Shown one piece after another: positions 45,158-53,889 of a stretch of 64,000 nt of DNA. The notes under the pieces are model-generated. The model saw only the letters and a list, made by a program, of their open reading frames with translations. It did no database searches and was not told where the DNA came from. Within the stretch, counting starts at the first letter, position 1; every line of letters starts with the position of its first letter. The stretch is from positions 873-64,872 of IMG/VR virus record IMGVR_UViG_3300036880_000015; one strand, 5' to 3'. This DNA is from a virus. Its lineage: Duplodnaviria > Caudoviricetes. Made by a program: the position numbers and the translations under genes.

Positions 45158-47869
45158 CTACTTTCCAGAGCACGTATAACTGAATGTCATGGCCGTGTTT
45201 GCTGGGAGTGCTCCCGAATAATAGAAATAACCGTAGGAAGTTGTCATACCACTAGGAGCCACCGCGTAAGGAACCAGCGTCGCGGGCCACAACGATACTA
45301 CACAGGTGGGGATGTTCGTTCTGGTGGTCGAGAAAGCGATATAAATCACATTCGATGCCCCTGTGGGAGCACTCCCGGTCGTTAGAGTTCCGGTGCCGCT
45401 TACCGAGTTGCAGCCGTAACCTGTGGCGCAAGCCGGGGCCACAAAGCTGCCCCCTGTTCCTTGGCCTACTTGGGCTACAAAAGTTGCCGTCCCTGTTCCT
45501 GAATAGGCATTGGCCGTGGAAGTCGTGGCATTAACAGGCTCCGGCGTACTGCTTCCGTACCCAGCCGTGGGTGGTGTGGCGAAGGCATTGATAACAGTAT
45601 TGTCAGTTGCCAGTTTAGCGTCTGCCGAGTTCGCAGCTTGCGTCGTTCCCGTAGTGCCGTTTGGTAGGGCTGGAGTGCCGCTGAGATTAGCAGCCGTAGT
45701 TGCTGCTGTGGCATTAGCAACCGCCGTGGCGCCGATTACAGCTACCACCTGAGCGGCCGATGCTGCTGCTGGAGCCCCCGAACCTGACCAATACTCCAAT
45801 CCTGTAAACGGCGTTGTTCCGCTGACCGCTGCCCCCGTTGCGTTGTAGAAGGCTGGCGACCACCGCGTACCGGAGTTGACCGGTGTTCCAGCGCCCGTTC
45901 CGTCGGCCGCCACATAAGACCCAGCCGGAGCGCTGGGAAGCGTATAGCTTGGAGCAGTCAACGATCCAGAAGCATTGAGTATCTTCACGCCAAACTGATA
46001 CAAATTACCTAGATTGTCAACATCCAAAGCGCACAATAGCGCGCCAGCCGCTCCGTTGTAGCACAGAGTAAAGTCAGAATCAGTGATACCGTAGTAAGAA
46101 CCCATTGACCAGTATCGCCCTGTAGTGATGTAGGAAGAATAAATTCTAAGTGCTTGTTGGTTATTGGCCGCCGTCGTGTGAAACCTTGGAGGATTTGCAA
46201 AACTGTTTAGACCTGTGAAATTACGCGAGAACACATCAACAGAAATTGCTCCCGTTATAGTGTTTATGATGGTATTAAGGCCCGCTGGATCATAAGCCGG
46301 TTTATCCAACTGACCGATGAAATAGTTATTTTCCGTGTTTCCGAAGTTTCCCGCGTTGTAAAAGGAGTACGTATTTCCGTCCCACATATTGCATTGAAAT
46401 TGATTAGACGTAATTACCGCAGAATTCTCAAAATAAACCCCATATCCAGTCACGCTCGGAGACTGTTCAATGTTACAATTTGTGAACATATTACCCCCAA
46501 TCTCGCCACCACCCGTGTTCATTACAATTCCATTTCCGGTATCTCCTGGCATCGGTGAGGGACTTAGCGCAAAGTTGCTGAATGTGTTCGCATTTATGAA
46601 TCCACCGGTTGTTGTGGTCAAAGCGATATTGGCAGCGGTCCCGTAGATCGAGAAGTCAGAAACATCAATGTAGTAGGCAGGAGTTGTCGAGCCAGCGGTA
46701 ATCGCAACGCCAGTTCCGGTCCCTTGGTGCATAGCAGTGATAAGAAAATTGTGTAAGGATGTCACAAGCCCGTCCGTATAGAAGCCTTTGAAATTAAAGA
46801 CTGCACCGGCCCAGGTATCCGCCACAAGGTTGCTCATGTCTACCCAGATTCCATCTACTCTCCCATTAGGAACGATATTAAACATTGGCGCGCCTTGAGA
46901 GGTTAGAGTAAGAGTGCCAGAGCATGTCGCCGTGCCGCTGCTGCAAGTTGCCATGGTGGGAGCGCCCGTGCAGGATGTCCCGCCGTTGGTAACGACTATG
47001 CTGCCCAAGACAGGAACTCCGCCCGCTACAGCCATAGTTGCCGTAGCGCCAGAGCACGATGCGTTGAATGTATTTAGGGTCACACTTCCATCACCGCTGA
47101 AAGTCCCTCCACTCACATAAGTCGCTGTTGTAATGCTGCTACCGAGAAATCCCGCAGCTGGTTGAAATTTTTCTCCAAGATCGCCAAGTAGTGTCACACC
47201 ACTGGGTACAGTAACAGTTGCCGCGACGCTCTGTGTCGTGCCTCCCCAGCCTCGAATATCACAAGTACCCCTTGGAAGCGCCGCTGTTAAGCAGGTATTA
47301 AGTGACACATCTGCCGTTGTGCCAGAATAGTTCTCTGCGAATCGGATAGGTGCTTCAATGCTTGCCTTCGCACAGGTCGCCGTGGTGCAGTCCGTGCCGC
47401 CCTGCGATATAAGAACAGGATTGAATAATCCAGCTGCGCTCACTTGATATGCGTAGGAATAGGTTATTGTTCCATTTACTCGCACTTGAACAAGATAACT
47501 TGCAGGGGAAACATAAAATGTGGCGTTGCCGTATTGATCTGCGGAAAAAGGCTGTGCCAAAGGTACAGTCAACCCAATGTCAGCGTAAATCTGAGTTTGA
47601 GGATAGCACGGGATGCCACTCGCGGTGTAAGGGCACACGTATATCTGCGCGTGGGCTGCCGGCGTTCCTCCGGGCGTGATCCATTGGCCGCTGATCGGCG
47701 CGCCCGCCTGCGCAAAAGCGCTAGTCGTCAAACTCAGGATCAGGATCGAAGCCGCGAGGAATAGCAGGCTGAAAATGTCGGCTACCCTTTTTCTGGTTGC
47801 ACCGAGAATGGCAAAGCGAGTTAATTGGCTGGCCGTGCTCATTGATGATTCTGTCGTCAAAGTGTCCAC
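45158..47869 (-). CDS. Tailspike/depolymerase-like beta-helix protein with N-terminal signal peptide (start 47869 or 47842)
   Basis: AAGGGAG SD before GTG 47869; hydrophobic LLFLAASILILSLTTSAFA-Q; PFSADQYGNATFYV domain; Asn/Gly/Thr-rich beta-helix-like centre. Confidence 0.6.
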   Translation of the reverse strand: MDTLTTESSMSTASQLTRFAILGATRKRVADIFSLLFLAASILILSLTTSAFAQAGAPISGQWITPGGTPAAHAQIYVCPYTASGIPCYPQTQIYADIGLTVPLAQPFSADQYGNATFYVSPASYLVQVRVNGTITYSYAYQVSAAGLFNPVLISQGGTDCTTATCAKASIEAPIRFAENYSGTTADVSLNTCLTAALPRGTCDIRGWGGTTQSVAATVTVPSGVTLLGDLGEKFQPAAGFLGSSITTATYVSGGTFSGDGSVTLNTFNASCSGATATMAVAGGVPVLGSIVVTNGGTSCTGAPTMATCSSGTATCSGTLTLTSQGAPMFNIVPNGRVDGIWVDMSNLVADTWAGAVFNFKGFYTDGLVTSLHNFLITAMHQGTGTGVAITAGSTTPAYYIDVSDFSIYGTAANIALTTTTGGFINANTFSNFALSPSPMPGDTGNGIVMNTGGGEIGGNMFTNCNIEQSPSVTGYGVYFENSAVITSNQFQCNMWDGNTYSFYNAGNFGNTENNYFIGQLDKPAYDPAGLNTIINTITGAISVDVFSRNFTGLNSFANPPRFHTTAANNQQALRIYSSYITTGRYWSMGSYYGITDSDFTLCYNGAAGALLCALDVDNLGNLYQFGVKILNASGSLTAPSYTLPSAPAGSYVAADGTGAGTPVNSGTRWSPAFYNATGAAVSGTTPFTGLEYWSGSGAPAAASAAQVVAVIGATAVANATAATTAANLSGTPALPNGTTGTTQAANSADAKLATDNTVINAFATPPTAGYGSSTPEPVNATTSTANAYSGTGTATFVAQVGQGTGGSFVAPACATGYGCNSVSGTGTLTTGSAPTGASNVIYIAFSTTRTNIPTCVVSLWPATLVPYAVAPSGMTTSYGYFYYSGALPANTAMTFSYTCSGK

Positions 47870-48092
47870 TGGTTCTCCCTTGTGCGTGTTCGAAGGTTCC
47901 CTCAATAAGCGATAGAGAGGTGTTGCAGAGACTGCAAAGGCCATTCTGGCGCTGCCACATAAGCATTTTACGATGCTTGTATTCCGCGCGTCCGGCTTCG
48001 TTCTGCATACAGATTTCACGGCCGTCCTCCATTCTTTTTATCGCGGTACGATTTCTCTCGGGCGGCTTGAATCGCTTGCGAGTAGCCCTCAT
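47721..48092 (-). CDS. HNH endonuclease
   Basis: RQNGLCSLC...TFEH...N.LCHSRCNQKKGS; GGAGG SD. Confidence 0.75.
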   Translation of the reverse strand: MRATRKRFKPPERNRTAIKRMEDGREICMQNEAGRAEYKHRKMLMWQRQNGLCSLCNTSLSLIEGTFEHAQGRTSGHFDDRIINEHGQPINSLCHSRCNQKKGSRHFQPAIPRGFDPDPEFDD

Positions 48093-48831
48093 TGAGAACC
48101 TCCTGGGCCAGCGAGACCCAAACTTTCTCTTCGCTCTCCGGACCTCCCCGGCGCTCCATGGATTTTATGACGCCGCCGAGCAACTTCCGGGCCTGGTCGA
48201 CGAAGGCGAGCAGACTTTGGTCGTGTTGCCGATCGGCTACCATCAATTCCAGCGCCTGCCCCTTGCTGGAGAGTTCGTGCCGGTCCTTGTAAGCCTCCAG
48301 CATCTCCTCAATGGCGCGCTTGGCGAGGAATGGAAGTCGGACATTCAGGGCCACCATCGGCTCCCGATCGCTTCCAGCCGCCTTGTTGCGCGAGGTGACG
48401 AGTTCGGCGAGCTTGGCCGGCTCCATCGTCTTCGCCTCCAGCACCCAGGAAAAGTCGTGGATGATCGCGGGGTCGACTTGAATCAGCAACTCGGCGTTCG
48501 TGACCGGGATCTTCTCGAGTTCCGCCAGCGGGAGTTGATGTAAACTCTGCCCTATGCGCACAAACTTATAGTAGGTGGACCGCGGGATGCCCAAGCTCTC
48601 CCGGTAGGCGTCTTCCCCGCGGGGACCGGGTTCTAGCCCGAATGCTGTCCAGCCCTCGGAAAGTCTCATCCTAAAGCCGTAGTAGGCGATCTGGTAGAGG
48701 CTTTTGCGCAGGTTGCGCGCGGCCTGCAACAGCGCTCCGTGATACTCGGCAACGGGCTGGGATTCTGGGGCGAGAACTTCCCCGGCTGGTGGCAAGATGT
48801 CGGGCGTCGGCAGTGCAAGAGCAGTAGCCAT
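48016..48831 (-). CDS. Hypothetical protein (HTH-like segment)
   Basis: SLGIPRSTYYKFVRIG; own promoter. Confidence 0.6.
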   Translation of the reverse strand: MATALALPTPDILPPAGEVLAPESQPVAEYHGALLQAARNLRKSLYQIAYYGFRMRLSEGWTAFGLEPGPRGEDAYRESLGIPRSTYYKFVRIGQSLHQLPLAELEKIPVTNAELLIQVDPAIIHDFSWVLEAKTMEPAKLAELVTSRNKAAGSDREPMVALNVRLPFLAKRAIEEMLEAYKDRHELSSKGQALELMVADRQHDQSLLAFVDQARKLLGGVIKSMERRGGPESEEKVWVSLAQEVLNEGYSQAIQAAREKSYRDKKNGGRP

Positions 48832-48838
48832 CGCCGTC

Positions 48839-48866
48839 ATTTTAATGAAAGATGGGGTGTTTGCAA
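48839..48866 (-). promoter_or_regulatory. Sigma70-like promoter (leaderless)
   Basis: TTGCAA-16-TAAAAT-7 nt-ATG(48831). Confidence 0.6.
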
Positions 48867-48899
48867 GGGGGTTGCGGAGGATATTTAGGTGTTTTCAGC

Positions 48900-48936
48900 A
48901 AAAAAGCGCCGCCGGGGTCATTGACCTTCCGGCGGC
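48900..48936 (-). terminator. Rho-independent terminator
   Basis: GCCGCCGG...CCGGCGGC stem followed by GC and T6 on the minus strand. Confidence 0.7.
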
Positions 48937-49088
48937 AATCCATCCGCATTGTTCTTCGCAGTTTCTATTCTACCACAAGAACACTCGCAGGGCGCGAGCC
49001 CATTGTGAGGAATTTTCCTCGTCCCTCTACAAAGACCGTGCTCGCCTCGTCGGCAGCGCCAGCAGACTTTGGATGTGGGACGTTTCAT
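48918..49088 (-). CDS. Small Cys-rich protein
   Basis: CWRC...H..C...CECSC; ATGA coupling. Confidence 0.5.
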   Translation of the reverse strand: MKRPTSKVCWRCRRGEHGLCRGTRKIPHNGLAPCECSCGRIETAKNNADGLPPEGQ

Positions 49089-49618
49089 CCAGCGCGCTCC
49101 AGATCCGAGCCGGTCCGGTCCATGCGTGGATTGGAGTCGTCGCGGTACAATTCGCGGAAGTCTTTGTATCGAAAACTCCAGTTCGACGTGTCGGCCAGCG
49201 CAGACCACCCGCCCAGCGCCTGCACAGCTCGCAGGACAGCCGGCGGCACCAGGGGGATCGGCGTCACCTCAGCCACGCCATCGCGCAGCACGACTTTCTC
49301 TTCGAGCCGGTAGCGGCCTTCCGGGTCCAGGCGCGCATGGTTGAGGAAAGTCTGTGTCGCGAAGTCCCAGGCGGCGGCCACCCGGCTCTGTGGCGGCTCG
49401 TAGCGCAGCCCGGCCATCTCGCGGATCCTAGCGACGGAACAATCCCAGCGGCTCCGGCTGACGGCAATGGCGTCCTTCACGGCCCTCAAGAAGCGCTCGG
49501 AGCCTACAGCGGCCACCACCTCGGCGAGAAGTTCGATGCGCAGCCGCGCCGCGGCATCGCTCTCCGGCTGATTGGTGGGGAAAAACTCGCGCACCATGGC
49601 GAGACCCACAGCAGCCAT
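49085..49618 (-). CDS. Helicase loader/inhibitor-like protein (DUF6475-like; start may be 49675)
   Basis: AAAW...AVQALGGWSAL...KDFRELY; directly after the initiator-like gene. Confidence 0.55.
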   Translation of the reverse strand: MAAVGLAMVREFFPTNQPESDAAARLRIELLAEVVAAVGSERFLRAVKDAIAVSRSRWDCSVARIREMAGLRYEPPQSRVAAAWDFATQTFLNHARLDPEGRYRLEEKVVLRDGVAEVTPIPLVPPAVLRAVQALGGWSALADTSNWSFRYKDFRELYRDDSNPRMDRTGSDLERAG

Positions 49619-49628
49619 ACGCTCGTTC

Positions 49629-50318
49629 TCAATTAACGAGACGCTGGAGCTGGGACCGCTCTTGCTCAAAGCCATTGACGGGCCTTCTTGCCCAGGTTGC
49701 TTCATCATGCTCGTACCTCGCTTCGTCAAAAAACTTGGCCGGCGCCGGGACAAACTGCATCTCATCCACTGGCCAGGTTGAGACCGCATCCCTGTAAGCC
49801 GCTACGCGCTCACTCAGGTAGACTTCCGCGTTCGCCTCTTGCTTGGCATAGCCGACGCGCAAAGGATTCTCTTCCATCCGCTCCAGCGCCTTGTCGATCG
49901 CGTTCAGAGCCGGCACGAAAGCCGCCACTCGGTCAGAGAGCACGTTGATCCCCGGCATTTTCGGGTAGAGCGCCAAGATGCGCACGCAGGCCTTCAAACG
50001 CTTCGGCATCGCAGCGGCCTGGGCCAGTGTCACTCGCAGATAACGCATCTGATGGAGCCATGTAGCCATGAGCGGAATGAATTTCTGCTCTCTGGCACCC
50101 ATCTGGACGCGCGCCTCTTCCGTCTTCATGCGCAAGAACTCGATGGCCTCGGCCTGGGTGCGGGGCGCGCCGTCGATCTCGCCCATGCAGATGCGGTTCA
50201 GGGCTTCGCGGATGCGGCGGAGCGCTTGCGGCCGGCCTGTGCGTCGCGGGTAGGCGTTGTAGATCGAGACCAGGGTGGACTCGGGGTAGTCGGCGGGTTC
50301 GGTGAAGAGGTCGGTCAT
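49629..50318 (-). CDS. Protein of two tandem replication-initiator C-terminal-like domains
   Basis: IYNAYPRRTGRPQA...FIPLMATWLHQMRY and ILALYPK...FVPAPAKFFDEARYE. Confidence 0.6.
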   Translation of the reverse strand: MTDLFTEPADYPESTLVSIYNAYPRRTGRPQALRRIREALNRICMGEIDGAPRTQAEAIEFLRMKTEEARVQMGAREQKFIPLMATWLHQMRYLRVTLAQAAAMPKRLKACVRILALYPKMPGINVLSDRVAAFVPALNAIDKALERMEENPLRVGYAKQEANAEVYLSERVAAYRDAVSTWPVDEMQFVPAPAKFFDEARYEHDEATWARRPVNGFEQERSQLQRLVN

Positions 50319-50575
50319 CCTTTGCTTTCCTTTTCGATCTTCGCCTTGGTTGCCCGATACTGCTCTTTGTTCCAGATGAGCAGGCAGATGTGGAGTTCGT
50401 TCGTTATGATAGCACCGATTACGTTGCCTGTAACGCCGATGGTGATGTCGGTGTCTTTGCCTTTGTGGACGAGGTTCATGCTCCGAAGGTTATCCGAGGC
50501 CGCAAGACGAATGTCAAGATCATCTTCGCTCATCCGTTTCAGCACATCAAAAGAACTGATTTTGGTTTCACTCAT
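50315..50575 (-). CDS. Hypothetical protein
   Basis: AAGGA SD; ATGA coupling. Confidence 0.55.
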   Translation of the reverse strand: MSETKISSFDVLKRMSEDDLDIRLAASDNLRSMNLVHKGKDTDITIGVTGNVIGAIITNELHICLLIWNKEQYRATKAKIEKESKG

Positions 50576-50727
50576 TGTTTTCCTTTCGGGTCCGGCTTGT
50601 ACCGCTCCCCGCACTTGCTGCAGTAGGCCTCGCGCTCCTCGAAGTCAAAGAGGATGCGCTCGCCCTCGTCGATATTGCGAGTACAACTCACGCACTCTCC
50701 TTTGAACTTGGCCGTCATCCAGTTCAT
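50572..50727 (-). CDS. Small Zn-finger protein (similar to 35460-35678)
   Basis: Manual translation MNWMTAKFKGECVSC...I.EGE.I...YCSKC. Confidence 0.6.
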   Translation of the reverse strand: MNWMTAKFKGECVSCTRNIDEGERILFDFEEREAYCSKCGERYKPDPKGKQ

Positions 50728-51548
50728 ACGCCCTCCATCTTACGAATAGGCACACCGTAGCTCCACGACAGCGACTCAAGCCCCTCTTCGAGCAACCACA
50801 ATTCTTTTGGGTAAGCAAACTCCGAGCGGAAGCCGTTCGTGCATTCGATGACTCTGCCCCAAATCTCAACCGTGCCGACCACCTTCACGTTGTTGGCGTA
50901 GCCTTCCAGCACCTTCACCATATCCTCGAACTTCTTGAAGGACCAGTAGCCGCAAGCGCATTTCATTTGCGGGGCGGGATGATTGTGGTTTCGGCAATCT
51001 GCCTGTTCTGCTTTCTTTGGCCGCCATGTTGCATCGGAACCCAGCGCCGCAAGCCGTCCATTGTCGATGTCCCAGCCACGCCAGGCGGTGATGGTATGCA
51101 CGTAGTCGGGCGACTTGACTGGCTCTGGCGGTTCCGGGTCGGCGATCTTTGCGGCATTGACGCACTTCAATTTCTTGATCTTTCTCCCGAGCTTCGCGTA
51201 GGGAGTTTCGGTGAGTGGTGCCACACCAGGATTTGTGCCGGGCGCGTAAGCTCCACGCAGGATGCCGCCGTAGGTTGGATACGATGGCGAAGCCCAGAAC
51301 GGCATTGATGTAAACGCATTATTCATAATCGCATTCAAGGTGTCCTGCAAACTTCTCTTCGCCCAGATCGGAAACTCCGGCGTGCCCACGTTCTCGTAGT
51401 CGCCCTGCTTGAAGATGTCGTACTTATCCATCTTCTCTTCGAGAGCGGAGCGCGGCGGGGCAACAATTCCACTCGGAGCCTCGGAGGGAAAATGCGTACT
51501 CACCTCAAGGCTGTCGAGGATTGCTTCGAGTTTCTTGCGATCAAACAC
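50724..51548 (-). CDS. Zn-binding putative enzyme
   Basis: C-terminal domain PDY...AWRGW...C..H.H.AP...CACGYWS...VVGTVEIWGRVIE...GFRSE.AYP. Confidence 0.6.
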   Translation of the reverse strand: MFDRKKLEAILDSLEVSTHFPSEAPSGIVAPPRSALEEKMDKYDIFKQGDYENVGTPEFPIWAKRSLQDTLNAIMNNAFTSMPFWASPSYPTYGGILRGAYAPGTNPGVAPLTETPYAKLGRKIKKLKCVNAAKIADPEPPEPVKSPDYVHTITAWRGWDIDNGRLAALGSDATWRPKKAEQADCRNHNHPAPQMKCACGYWSFKKFEDMVKVLEGYANNVKVVGTVEIWGRVIECTNGFRSEFAYPKELWLLEEGLESLSWSYGVPIRKMEGV

Positions 51549-51669
51549 GGGCTGGCTCCTCTTCGGGCTGTCTCTCTGGCTGATGGTCCGGCTCCGGCTG
51601 CTCGCGCAACGGCTCCGGTAACTCGATCGGCTCGACGATGATCTCGCGCTGCGGTTCGCCTATGTTCAT
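51541..51669 (-). CDS. Acidic Pro/Glu-rich 42-aa peptide
   Basis: MNIGEPQREIIVEPIELPEPLREQPEPDHQPERQPEEEPARV; GGAGGA SD. Confidence 0.65.
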   Translation of the reverse strand: MNIGEPQREIIVEPIELPEPLREQPEPDHQPERQPEEEPARV

Positions 51670-52070
51670 GGTTCCTCCACTGGTATTCCGAGTTTGGCGC
51701 AGACTTCGGCCATGGTTCCATCTGCGGATTTCGACCACGGCTCGCCCTTCATGCCAATACTCACCGCCGGCTTGTCTTCGATGCCGGTATAAAGCGGAGC
51801 TACGCCAGTAACTTCGTTGCGGTCAACTACAAACGGCTTTCTATCGAAGGTCAACCACACCCACGGCGATTCCGCGTTGATCGGGTAGGTGATCTTCTTC
51901 ATGTGTTCAAGGTCTTCTGCCAACTGCCCGGCAATCTCTGCCAGCCAAAAGCAGACGCCGAGCATCATTTCTTCCTGCCGCTGAATGTCCGATTGGCCAT
52001 CGACAGACTCTCTTGCGTCCATGTCCTTGTTGATGGCGTCTTGCCGGGTACGAATTTCTGATGGTGTCAT
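51666..52070 (-). CDS. Hypothetical protein with C-terminal FlbD-like domain
   Basis: WVWLT....VVDRNEVTGV...GTMAEVCAKLG. Confidence 0.5.
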   Translation of the reverse strand: MTPSEIRTRQDAINKDMDARESVDGQSDIQRQEEMMLGVCFWLAEIAGQLAEDLEHMKKITYPINAESPWVWLTFDRKPFVVDRNEVTGVAPLYTGIEDKPAVSIGMKGEPWSKSADGTMAEVCAKLGIPVEEP

Positions 52071-52561
52071 GGTTGCCTCCGTTGAAGTCGGTCAATCTCA
52101 GCCGCGATCAATGCGCCAGCTTTCACTAAGTCTCGGATGCGACGAGGAATTGGGAACTGGCAGTATCGAGGTCTTCCGCTTGCATCGTGTTCACGTTTAT
52201 CCCAAGAGGTATCCCAATCAAAGGGCCACGGGTCTTCAAATACAATACCTTTTGCGATTCCGCTATTCCCTTTATCGCGCATCCGATAAAGAGGTTCGGT
52301 GGCCGCGTAGCATACAGCAGCCTCTGCTAACGACCCGCACAGATGCTCGTCGTCATGCTCTGGCGTCCAGCCTTCAACTTCGATCTGACGCTGGCGCTCC
52401 GCTGTGATTAGCTGAACTCCGGTCGCAATTGGTTCCGTGGTTCCTGTAGCGCAAAGGCTTCGATGTTTAGCAATTTCCGCCTCTGTGATCGGTCCGTTAT
52501 ATCCGCAAGACTGACAGCGGAAGTAGTGCAGCGCGCTATGCCCTTGTCTGCGCTCTGTCAT
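52067..52561 (-). CDS. MazG-like (all-alpha NTP-PPase-like) phage protein
   Basis: ERQRQIEVEGWTPEHDD...LAEAAVCYA...WP...DLVKAGALIAAEIDRL. Confidence 0.65.
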   Translation of the reverse strand: MTERRQGHSALHYFRCQSCGYNGPITEAEIAKHRSLCATGTTEPIATGVQLITAERQRQIEVEGWTPEHDDEHLCGSLAEAAVCYAATEPLYRMRDKGNSGIAKGIVFEDPWPFDWDTSWDKREHDASGRPRYCQFPIPRRIRDLVKAGALIAAEIDRLQRRQP

Positions 52562-52821
52562 GGTTTCACCTTCTTTTGCTTCTGAATTTCCTTTTGCTCT
52601 GTCGTATTCCCGGCAACGAAATCGGCAATATCCCAGAGACAGTGGCAATCGAAGAGCATATCGGGAGATGGAAAGAAGCAGTACCGCCTCCAGTGCGCCC
52701 ACCAGCGAACAAAGCCCAGAATGGTTCCTGTCTTACTTTGGCAGCTCCAGACTTTCGTCACACGTTTGGATGCACCGACCTGGCTCTCAAAAAAGACGAC
52801 ATGTTTGTAGTTCTTTATCAA
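52558..52821 (-). CDS. Conserved phage protein
   Basis: LG.VRWWAHWRRYCFFP...FD..CL.DIADF. Confidence 0.6.
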   Translation of the reverse strand: MIKNYKHVVFFESQVGASKRVTKVWSCQSKTGTILGFVRWWAHWRRYCFFPSPDMLFDCHCLWDIADFVAGNTTEQKEIQKQKKVKP

Positions 52822-53222
52822 GGTTGCACCTCTTTCTTCGGTTCGATCTTCTCAATCAACTCCGCCGCCTGTTTCAACTCGCAGACAAACACCAAAGCCT
52901 CCATGTGGAAATCGGGAGATGAATCCTTCTCGGTGTTCCGCACAAGGTATCCGCTCTCGATCCTGGCAAGTAAGGCCTTGAGGGAAACCAGCATGGCGGG
53001 AGCGTTGACGAGCAGGGGAGCGTGTTCCTTTGGAACTGTCTCGCAAATCAGGACGCCTCCATAGTAAGCTCGGCGTCTAGCCTGTGCGCATCCGGGGCAT
53101 CCGGTTTTCGGTCGGCACAAGCCATCGGGAGTATCAAAGGCCATCATGTAGCAACCCGGCTCTAATTCAACTAGGTCCGGGTCTGTAATGTCACCGCGCT
53201 CGGGGTTGTATTGCCAGGTCAT
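52818..53222 (-). CDS. Hypothetical protein
   Basis: A.LLVNAPAMLVSLK motif. Confidence 0.55.
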   Translation of the reverse strand: MTWQYNPERGDITDPDLVELEPGCYMMAFDTPDGLCRPKTGCPGCAQARRRAYYGGVLICETVPKEHAPLLVNAPAMLVSLKALLARIESGYLVRNTEKDSSPDFHMEALVFVCELKQAAELIEKIEPKKEVQP

Positions 53223-53524
53223 GATTGCACCTCCGCCGGCGGTTCGGTCTTTGGCTCCTCGATGAACGGCTCAATGATGTCCAGGGAGTTGATGACGCCC
53301 TCCAGGGTCTTACGCACGGTTTCGATCTCCCGCTTGCGCTGGCCGTTGCGGTAAATCTGCGTGAAGGCGTTGACAATGTTGAACTTTGTCCCAAGAACAT
53401 AGAGTAGGTCATTTTCTTGGCCGTTAGCATTCTTGCAAGTCAATCTTCCGGCGAGCTTATCGATTTCATCTGAAGTTGCTTCGAGAATATAAGCTCTTGG
53501 ACCTGACTTTGCGATGATCTTCAT
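53219..53524 (-). CDS. Hypothetical protein
   Basis: AAGGA SD before ATG 53524. Confidence 0.55.
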   Translation of the reverse strand: MKIIAKSGPRAYILEATSDEIDKLAGRLTCKNANGQENDLLYVLGTKFNIVNAFTQIYRNGQRKREIETVRKTLEGVINSLDIIEPFIEEPKTEPPAEVQS

Positions 53525-53613
53525 AATTTCCTTTCTGCCGTGTGTTCGTTCGATAGACAAGGGAGCTTGATTTTGCAGCCGAACTCCCACTTATGGGAAA
53601 ATTCAGGGAAGAG

Positions 53614-53889
53614 TTACTTACGGGACTTCATCATCCAATCGGCCATCTGATATGCCAGCCCCGCTGTTGATTGATGCGCCTGCACTTGCGGATCAGCTAG
53701 CATCCCGTTCAGCGCCGCCATCGCAAACTGATCGCGCAGGGTGGCCATCTCCGGCATCGGCGTGTAGGTGATCTTGCCGGGCTGGAGGCCGAGGCAAAAG
53801 AACTCAGCTCCGCAGCCGTCGCAGTTCCAAGAATCTCCGGTTGCCGAGCGGTTGACGGTTTCGTGCTTGCAGGTCTTTTGGTCACTCAT
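53614..53889 (-). CDS. Conserved small phage protein (TLRD.FA...AY..AD.M family) with N-terminal Zn site
   Basis: GAGGA SD before ATG 53889; TLRDQFAMAALNGML...AYQMADWMM. Confidence 0.65.
   Translation of the reverse strand: MSDQKTCKHETVNRSATGDSWNCDGCGAEFFCLGLQPGKITYTPMPEMATLRDQFAMAALNGMLADPQVQAHQSTAGLAYQMADWMMKSRK

Noticed and set aside
45158-45400. Diversity-generating retroelement target in the tailspike C-terminus
   Set aside because: No reverse transcriptase or second near-identical template copy was seen in the window.
47870-48019. N-terminal extension of the 953-aa ORF
   Set aside because: It overlaps the HNH catalytic region; a better SD-supported start lies at 47869.
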